A stretch of 23,818 nucleotides of DNA from NCBI GenBank assembly GCA_043732485.1, contig JAYTHP010000220.1, positions 1-23,818 of the forward strand. Reading direction: 5' to 3'. Source of the DNA: Oligoflexia bacterium (GTDB taxonomy: Bacteria; Bdellovibrionota; UBA1018). The notes beneath the pieces were generated by a model, which searched no databases, was not told the origin of the DNA, and saw only the letters and a program-made list of their open reading frames with translations. The position numbers and the translations under genes are program-made. Shown in pieces: positions 1 through 6,376 of the stretch (positions within the stretch are counted from its first letter, which is position 1; the number at the start of each line of letters is the position of its first letter).

Positions 1-219
1 CCTCCCCGGGTGATCGTCTGCTGCCTAATGTGGTGAGGTGACGAAGCCGGCCTCGCTGAGACCCTTTTGGGTTATTTCACAACTTTATGAGCGGATACCT
101 ATCCCGCAGCTCGTCCACTACAGCACAGTCAAAGGCGTGGGTAGAATTTTTTTTTGACTCGGAAAAAACGACCACCAGTAGCTTGCGCTTGATGCCAAGA
201 CGCTCAGCCTTAGCGGCAC

Positions 220-561
220 TTAAGACGATGGGGATGGGGACGGAGATTTGGACTCAGATTGAAGCGGGGTTTGGGATTGCTCCATAGTTTCAATTTGGCG
301 ATAAACCGCCACCCAGGCTTCGCCATCTTCTTGCAGCTGGGCTAAAGCACGCTCCGCACTTAAAAAAAGAGCGGCCACCTGTTGATCTTGCTTCACTTCC
401 GGGATCAGGGACAAAATGCGCAGCAACCCCCCCAACATCCCTAAACTTGAGCGCAATTGATGCACTTTTCCTTCAGGCGGGAAAAACCCTGCAGGTGCGG
501 TAAACTCGACGGGATAGACGGACTCTTGCAGGGCTGTTTTATAAGGATTACGAGAAATCAA
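220..561 (-). CDS. Small protein resembling a stand-alone HisKA (DHp) domain
   Basis: 113-aa ORF with TTG start, overlapping the upstream regulator by 14 nt. KVHQLRSSLGMLGGLLRIL resembles the H-box helix (aHElRtPLt.i.G..elL) and is followed by a second helix, AALFLSAERALAQLQE. No HATPase domain. Confidence 0.5.
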   Translation of the reverse strand: MISRNPYKTALQESVYPVEFTAPAGFFPPEGKVHQLRSSLGMLGGLLRILSLIPEVKQDQQVAALFLSAERALAQLQEDGEAWVAVYRQIETMEQSQTPLQSESKSPSPSPSS

Positions 562-2074
562 GAATAAACTCTCTTTGGTTGACTTTCTTTAGCCTGGCAC
601 GCGAGCGAATCTTCTTCACTTCCTTCAAGTTAATCTTGAGTTGCGCCAACTTATGATACAGCCCGGTGATCGAAAAACCCATCAGCTCAGAGACTTTCTT
701 CAAGTCACCGTCGCACAAATTCACCGCCGAGACGATATAATGGCGATCAATGTTCGTCATGCAAGCGTCATAGCTTTCGCGACTAATTTTGGTAATCTTT
801 TTTGGAAACGGAAGCTCGACGGGACAACTGGGCGCCACAGTGTGAGTGACGTTGGCTTGCACAAAATCGAGCATATCCAACTGACAGAGCAGCGGAAACC
901 CCCGCATGGCAAGCGTGGCATCAATCACCCCCCGCACTTGCTGAAAATTTCCCGGCCACACTTGATCTTGCATAAAATGAGCGGCATCAGCACTCAAAGT
1001 ATAGCGCTTTCCCTCAAACTGGCGCTCTAAATAGTAATCGACAATCTGGGCAATATCCCTACTTCTTTGCCGCAAAGGCGGGAGTAAAACCTTATTTTCT
1101 GAGAGTAACGCATACAAATCCGGATCCCAAGCCCGTGACTCCAAGCCCGAATCCACCGAGGACGGCAACAACGCCGGCGCCGAGAACATCCCTGCTACTG
1201 CGACCTCACCGACATTCAGCAATTCGATGCCAATGAGTCGCACGTCGATGGCCACGGAGTAATCGGCTTCCGGCAACACCACCACTCCCGCCCGCAAACA
1301 CTCAGCCAATCGTTTTTGCAAATCAAGCGGTAGGCTCGTCAGATCATGAATCACCAGATCGCCACGAAAACACATTTGCAGAAATCCGCGAACCACCGAG
1401 CGCTCACCCTTTGCGTTAACGCTTGCCTTGCCAAAGAGCAGTGCCTCGACATCGTGAGGCGCGACTTTTAAAAGATCCAGCACCTGAAAGGGGCGGTAAC
1501 AATCCTTCCTCGCCTCCCACATTTTCCTGGCAAGCGTCAGGGCGCCGGATTTTTGCTCAGCAACCAACAGCGCCGGGAGCGAAGGTTTTTTTTCCATCTC
1601 TTCCACCCGCTTTAAAGCATTCATTAAGGCCGCAGACTGCCCTAACAGCGGACAATCTTGAAACTCATCTTGGGTTTGTTGTAAATCCAAATAATGAGTC
1701 GAGCGAATGCGCCTTAAAGCCTCAGGAATGCGGATCTGGAGATGGGCAATCATGCTGGAGGACTTTAAGATAAAATCATCTGCGCCGTAAGCATAAGCCT
1801 TTTTGATCCCACTAAAGTCGTCGTCGTAACTCAAAATGATGATGGCCATCCAGGGGAACTGATTTTTTAGCATCGGGATCAAATCAATTCCAGAAATCCC
1901 CTCCAGCTTGAGATGCTTATCCAACAAGATTACATCAAAATTACTGTTTTTTAGTCTTTGCAGCGCTTCTGTCGATTCTTTGCAAATCTCGATGTCCATC
2001 GAAGAGCTCAAATAACGTGTTAACTCGACCTGCAACACTGGATCATCATCTAAAGAGAGCACTTTGGTTAACAT
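548..2074 (-). CDS. NtrC/Fis-family response regulator (REC + degenerate AAA+ + HTH)
   Basis: Receiver motifs LDDD, ILLD, IILS and GADDFILK. bEBP-like segments LLGQSAAL, LQKRL, IDVRLI, LPPLRQR and WPGN. C-terminal Fis-type HTH (GDLKKVSELMGFSITGLYHKL). Confidence 0.9.
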   Translation of the reverse strand: MLTKVLSLDDDPVLQVELTRYLSSSMDIEICKESTEALQRLKNSNFDVILLDKHLKLEGISGIDLIPMLKNQFPWMAIIILSYDDDFSGIKKAYAYGADDFILKSSSMIAHLQIRIPEALRRIRSTHYLDLQQTQDEFQDCPLLGQSAALMNALKRVEEMEKKPSLPALLVAEQKSGALTLARKMWEARKDCYRPFQVLDLLKVAPHDVEALLFGKASVNAKGERSVVRGFLQMCFRGDLVIHDLTSLPLDLQKRLAECLRAGVVVLPEADYSVAIDVRLIGIELLNVGEVAVAGMFSAPALLPSSVDSGLESRAWDPDLYALLSENKVLLPPLRQRSRDIAQIVDYYLERQFEGKRYTLSADAAHFMQDQVWPGNFQQVRGVIDATLAMRGFPLLCQLDMLDFVQANVTHTVAPSCPVELPFPKKITKISRESYDACMTNIDRHYIVSAVNLCDGDLKKVSELMGFSITGLYHKLAQLKINLKEVKKIRSRARLKKVNQREFILDFS

Positions 2075-2325
2075 GGGACTGTATTGATAGCTGAAAATGG
2101 CAAAATCAACAATAAAAATAAAAAGAAACCGGAAAAAAAATTGAAGTTTTTCAGAAATTAGGATTTATAGGTTTTAGCTATTTTCTTAAGTATCTAATAA
2201 CAATAGTTTTTTTTATTTTTTTACTAAAAACTGTAAATTTTTTTAAAAAAAATTTAAATTTTATTTTTTATCTTTTTTTTTCAAAAAATCACTAGACAAA
2301 GCTCGTGAAAATCGATAACCGTAGT
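2075..2325. promoter_or_regulatory. Very AT-rich divergent promoter region
   Basis: Long A/T tracts between the regulator start and the structured segment. Weak + strand promoter candidates are TAGACA (2293-2298) and a sigma-28-like -10, ATCGATAA (2311-2318). Confidence 0.5.
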
Positions 2326-2776
2326 TAAGCAAATCAATTCACTTGAGGCGCGAAAAGGCTGATCCATTAAGGTTTTTTCAAAAAAAAGCCTGAAGCAGAA
2401 GTTCAAAAGAGCGAAAAAAAAGGTAGACCTGAAAACTCAAAAACTTGCAAAAGTTTGACTGAGTCACACGAAAACCTCAAGTCGCTCATGAGCTATTGGG
2501 AGGTGGAAAAGAGAATGCCCGTGAAAACGAGCGATTAAAGGAGTGCTTTAAGTGATGAGATGAAAAGAGCCTACGTCTTGAAACTTTTTTGGGTGCTGAA
2601 ACATTCAAAAAAGTTTTTTGGGTCAAGGAGTAAGCCCCTCCCTGTAAAGAGGACTTCAACCCTAACTCGAAATCTCAAGCCGCGCAAGCTCAAAGTGAAC
2701 CACATTGGGTCTTTTAATTTTGATCCTGCCGGAGATAGTGCTCCTCAGGATCGTTTGGCTGCTTCAAGGAGGAGTT

Positions 2777-2884
2777 ATGGCTGTTTTATGTTTATGTATC
2801 CTGCTCGCAAAGAATGGATTCTCAACGATCGTTTCGCGCTTTTCCGAGCAAAAAATTGACCTCACCCACCGAGCTCGTCCCTAA
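2777..2884 (+). CDS. Putative 35-aa small protein MAVLCLCILLAKNGFSTIVSRFSEQKIDLTHRARP
   Basis: AAGGAGG SD at 2766-2772, ATG at 2777, TAA at 2882-2884. Hydrophobic N-terminus. Below the ORF-track length cutoff. Confidence 0.4.
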   Translation: MAVLCLCILLAKNGFSTIVSRFSEQKIDLTHRARP

Positions 2885-3089
2885 TTCCACAATAAGCCCG
2901 AATTTCGGCTCACTCAGGTCGCAGAAAAAGGTGGCGCTGCGCCAGCCCTTCTTCTGAAGTTTGATGGCAGTTCGGGAGAGTAGGTCCGGCAGAGATGATA
3001 GCGGAAAACCATCAAAGAGCAGAAGATCGGTGCGGTGACTGATTGATCGCCCCCACCCCGTAGACTGACGCTGCGTCTCTCAGACAAAC

Positions 3090-3139
3090 AAAAAAGACAG
3101 GCGGACGGCAAAATCTTGCAGCCCGCCTGTCTTTTTTTT
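3090..3139 (+). terminator. Intrinsic terminator, potentially bidirectional
   Basis: A6-GACAGGCGG (3090-3104) pairs with CCGCCTGTC-T8 (3123-3139). Confidence 0.85.
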
Positions 3140-3155
3140 CCCAAAAAAGCCCGCG

Positions 3156-3254
3156 CCCACCCACCTATCTATCCATTCATTCATTCATCCATCACCCCCC
3201 CTCCCCCTTACCCTCCCCCTCGTCCCAAAAAAACGAGCCTCTCCCCCCCCCCCC
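3156..3254. repeat. Low-complexity tract: CCAC/CTAT/TCAT/CCAT tetramers, C-runs and a C12 homopolymer
   Basis: ccacctatctatccattcattcattcatccatc, then five C-runs at 3195-3226 and C12 at 3243-3254. Confidence 0.8.
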
Positions 3255-3386
3255 GCGCTCGACTCTCGGTCCTGGCAGATGATCGGAAAAAACCAAACTC
3301 AAATTGGCGATTTTTTAACCCCTCACTGTGACAAAATGAGGAAATTGCTCTCTAAAAATTCAAACAATAACTAAAAATAACAATTT

Positions 3387-3416
3387 TTGATTATAATTTC
3401 ATTCTCTAAATATTTT
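3387..3416 (+). promoter_or_regulatory. Candidate sigma-70 promoter
   Basis: TTGATT (3387-3392)-N18-TATTTT (3411-3416) in an AT-rich patch just 5' of the structured leader. An alternative -10 is TATGCT at 3416-3421. Confidence 0.3.
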
Positions 3417-3430
3417 ATGCTACTTCTTTT

Positions 3431-3590
3431 AGGGGAGTCCCTTAAGAGAGTCAGATCTCAAGGGAGAGAAAAGCCAAGCCACCTCCCGGCACCCTCCAGC
3501 AAAAGTTTGCTTGGAATGATCGCGAGAAGAAGGACCAGAGAACGGACAAGGGACTCGTCAAAAAAATGACGAAAGACAAAAGAGTCCTCA
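3431..3590 (+). promoter_or_regulatory. Structured leader or sRNA upstream of the porin gene, with mutually exclusive helices
   Basis: GAGTCCCTT 3435-3443 pairs perfectly with AAGGGACTC 3548-3556, or locally with 3460-3465. GGACTC also pairs with GAGTCC 3582-3587. Hairpins at 3495-3515 and 3555-3572. Confidence 0.4.
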
Positions 3591-3708
3591 CGTTTAGCTT
3601 TGAAATTTAAAGGTTAACCACAAAACATAATGAGTAAAAGTTTTTTTCATTTTACTCAAAACCCTATTCCAGCTACTGACGCTAAACCACTCCAAGGGAG
3701 CACAATCG

Positions 3709-5139
3709 ATGAACACCACGAACAGCAAGCCGACGACGACAGCAACTACCACTCTTTCCGCAACTCATCTCACAGGGTTACAACCTGATCGAAGCTTCTT
3801 GCCACTTGGCGGCAAGCGTGCACAAGACTCTTCACTGCTTCATCCCCTGCTGAGCTCTATCTCTTGCTCCTCCCTGATCTTAAGCATCATGCTGCTGTCT
3901 GGCCTTTCTGATCTTGCCGGCCAGTCCGCTTCCCTGGCTTACGCCTTTTCTGAGCCCATGGCGCCGGTGGAAGAGGCCTTCGTCGAGAGCGGCTTGCCGA
4001 TTAAGATCTATGGCTTCATTTTACCCACCTTCATTCAAACCTCAGGCGCGGTGGAGTCGCTCAGCCAGCCGAACTCCAGCGCTTTTACCGCCGCAGGCAA
4101 CCCCGTACTCACAGGGTCCTATGAACCCAGCGATAGCCGACTGAGCTTTCAGGTGCAGCAATCAAGATTTGGCTTTAATATTGGCAAAGACAAGATTCGT
4201 GGGACCTTTGAGTTTGATTTCTTTAATGCCCAGAACCCTACCCCCACTGCCGGCTCACTTTTACGGCTGCGCCGGGCGTTTGGTCAGTTTTTCTTCTCAG
4301 AAACCGACTCCGTGGTGGCCGGACAAGATTGGGACGTTTTTGCGCCCTTGATCCCACATACCTATAACTTGATTGGCCACTTTTATATGTCAGGCGATTT
4401 GGGTTTTATGCGACAGCAACTAGTCTGGGTCCACGCGACTCCCTCGTTTGAATCGCGCGTCGGGATTGGCATGCAAATGCCGCACAATGCCAGCACCAGC
4501 GGTGGTTTGAACGCCGACAGCTTAATGGAAGTCTCCAACACCCCGACGCTGGCAGTGCGCCTGACCCTGAAAGAAGGACTGAGCCAACTGGGGATTTCAG
4601 GCATTGCCACTCGTTTGCTCACCAACCCGAAAAGTTTCTGGACCACACCGGTTCCTGCCTACGGCGCCACCTTGTTTGCTGAGTGGGTCGGCACGGACGT
4701 GGCCGTTAACATCCGCAGCGAGTTTTACATTGGCCGCAATCTCGCTAACTTAGGGACCTTCAGCTTAGGCTTTTTCTCACCCGGCAGTGATATGAGTGAG
4801 GCCGGCGGCTGGTTCACGGTGAAAAAACCGATTGGCAATCATGCCATTTATGGCGGCGTGGGCTATTCTGCCATCTTGAATCAAGCGGACTTGAAGCCCA
4901 GTTACTTAAACACCTCCAAAGGTCCGACGCTGATGAATGCCGCCTATGGCCCTGGCATCAACTGGAACGGCACGGCCCGCTTAGGTTACGCCTATGAACC
5001 CGTGGCGCATGTCAGCTTCTTTACCGAGCTCGCTTACTTGCAATCCTCGTTTGCCTTGTTTGCCTCTGACATTGCAAGCGGCATCAACTCTGATCCCTCG
5101 GTGTTTGTCTCCTACTCAGGCATGATGCTGACCTTCTAA
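3709..5139 (+). CDS. Outer-membrane beta-barrel porin, DcaP-like
   Basis: SD AAGGGAG and a hydrophobic signal-like segment. Motifs IKIYGFI, QSRFGF, FEFDF, LRLRRAF and GQDWDVF. Amphipathic beta strands and a C-terminal Phe. Confidence 0.75.
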   Translation: MNTTNSKPTTTATTTLSATHLTGLQPDRSFLPLGGKRAQDSSLLHPLLSSISCSSLILSIMLLSGLSDLAGQSASLAYAFSEPMAPVEEAFVESGLPIKIYGFILPTFIQTSGAVESLSQPNSSAFTAAGNPVLTGSYEPSDSRLSFQVQQSRFGFNIGKDKIRGTFEFDFFNAQNPTPTAGSLLRLRRAFGQFFFSETDSVVAGQDWDVFAPLIPHTYNLIGHFYMSGDLGFMRQQLVWVHATPSFESRVGIGMQMPHNASTSGGLNADSLMEVSNTPTLAVRLTLKEGLSQLGISGIATRLLTNPKSFWTTPVPAYGATLFAEWVGTDVAVNIRSEFYIGRNLANLGTFSLGFFSPGSDMSEAGGWFTVKKPIGNHAIYGGVGYSAILNQADLKPSYLNTSKGPTLMNAAYGPGINWNGTARLGYAYEPVAHVSFFTELAYLQSSFALFASDIASGINSDPSVFVSYSGMMLTF

Positions 5140-5208
5140 GGCCCGCTCAAGCAACCGCCTCGACCTCGATCTTTTAGTACCATCCGTCACTGGCGTAACG
5201 CACTTCGC

Positions 5209-6081
5209 TCACTCGAGAAGACTTGCCAGCCCGACTTGAAAACCCTGTAACCCCAGCACGGACCTGAGCGCCAACGCCACTCCGTGCTGGTAAGCAGCCC
5301 GGTCACTGACGCGGTGCTCAAGCGTGAGCGTTTCTCCGAAGCCCCCGAAAAGAATTTTTTGCTCAGCTACGATCCCCGGCAACCGCACGGAATGGACCGG
5401 GATCGGCCGCGACTTGGCACCAGCACTGTGTAGCAAGCTGCGTGCGGTCACCAAAGCGGTTGCCGAGGGTGCGTCTTTTTTCTCTTGATGGTGCGACTCG
5501 ATGATTTCAATGGCGGGAAAATAGCGTGCCGCCGCTTGCGCCAGCTTCAGTTGGAGTGCGGCGCCGAGTGAGAAATTAGGCACCCAAAGCGCTGGCACCG
5601 CTGCGCGGAGGCTTTCCGCTTGCAGGCCTGCTTGTTGATCAAGCGTCAGGCCGCTTGCGCCTAGCACCGGTGCCACGCCGCACTGAAGCGCCAGAGAGCC
5701 ATGCTGAAACCCGGCTTCAGGCGAAGTTAAATCGAGTAACACCGTGGCGCCGCTTGCCTGCAGTGCCGCTTGCAGATCAAAACTTAAGGGTAAGTCGCCC
5801 GCAGGCCACTGACTGGCAGCCGGTAACAGCTCTTTGAGGAGCGGCAGCGACTGAGACTGAAGACCATCATCGGGTTGAGATTGCCGTTTGCGCGCCACCA
5901 CCGCCACCAGCTCTAAATCAGGCCACTGCTGAAACCAGCCGACCGCCTGAGACCCCATTTTGCCAAGCGGCCCGACCAAACAAACCCGCACCGGACTAAC
6001 AGCCGCCTTCTCCTGCTTCTCCGTCTCTCTCATGGCTGCAACCCCGCGCACCTTTTTGTGCTCACCTGGAATCTCACTCAT
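5209..6081 (-). CDS. dapB: 4-hydroxy-tetrahydrodipicolinate reductase
   Basis: GPLGKMG Rossmann motif, PNFSLG, EIIESHHQEKKDAPSATA, HSVRLPG and GETLTLEH. Start set at ATG 6081 (GAGG SD); the open frame extends to 6177. Confidence 0.95.
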   Translation of the reverse strand: MSEIPGEHKKVRGVAAMRETEKQEKAAVSPVRVCLVGPLGKMGSQAVGWFQQWPDLELVAVVARKRQSQPDDGLQSQSLPLLKELLPAASQWPAGDLPLSFDLQAALQASGATVLLDLTSPEAGFQHGSLALQCGVAPVLGASGLTLDQQAGLQAESLRAAVPALWVPNFSLGAALQLKLAQAAARYFPAIEIIESHHQEKKDAPSATALVTARSLLHSAGAKSRPIPVHSVRLPGIVAEQKILFGGFGETLTLEHRVSDRAAYQHGVALALRSVLGLQGFQVGLASLLE

Positions 6082-6376
6082 CGCTGACCTCGCTTTCTTT
6101 TGCTTGACGCTTCGCCGGGTTTGGTTTTTCTGTGGGTTCTCACGCGGGGGTTCTTGGCAAAAACCCGCGCTTGCCAACCTGCCCGCCCCACCCTGCGCAC
6201 TCTTTTGCGCCTGATGAGCATTTTTTTTTCACTCGTTATAGGCTCTCGCTTCTTTCGCCTCTCGCCTATTTGTAAAAATCACGCACTCGCGATACACTCT
6301 CGGCAAATACCAGCGCGTGCCCACTTTTTTTTGAAATTTTTGGCTAGTGTTCCAGGCTTGTAACAAAGGTGACTTC

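Larger units (their letters stand above)
2326..3139 (+). ncRNA. Candidate large structured non-coding RNA or structured mRNA; family not recognised
   Basis: More than 15 nested helices found by eye, e.g. 2341-2348/2475-2482, 2441-2456 (GCAA tetraloop), 2482-2487/2529-2534, 2581-2595/2602-2616, 2722-2728/2746-2752, 2950-2956/3020-3026 and 2960-2967/3009-3016. A-rich linkers, G-U pairs on the + strand and a terminator at the 3' end. The 5' boundary is approximate. Confidence 0.55.

Noticed and set aside
84..255. Protein-like - strand frame (PIVLSAAKAERLGIKRKLLVVVF...YPLIKL*) downstream of the HisKA-like gene
   Set aside because: Preceded by an in-frame TGA with no good early start codon or SD, and no recognisable motif.
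2560..2859. 99-aa ORF MKRAYVLKLF...
   Set aside because: No family resemblance, and its Lys/Phe-rich composition follows the A/T tracts of the long hairpins. The nearest SD instead fits a 3-codon GTG-ATG-AGA-TGA mini-frame.
2890..2910. RNase P 3'-like GAAATTCGGGCTTAT on the - strand
   Set aside because: No matching GAGGAAAGTCC 5' motif at the expected distance.
2961..3003. Resemblance to 5S rRNA loop E (GATGGCAG...GGGAGAGTAGGTC) and to the SRP motif (AGGTCCGG)
   Set aside because: The 5S CCGAAC loop and helices are absent, and the SRP GGAA-GGAAGCAGC motif is not matched.
3106..3120. Sigma-54-like CGGCA...TTGCA
   Set aside because: The GG-to-GC spacing is 9 nt rather than the required 10, and it lies in the terminator loop.
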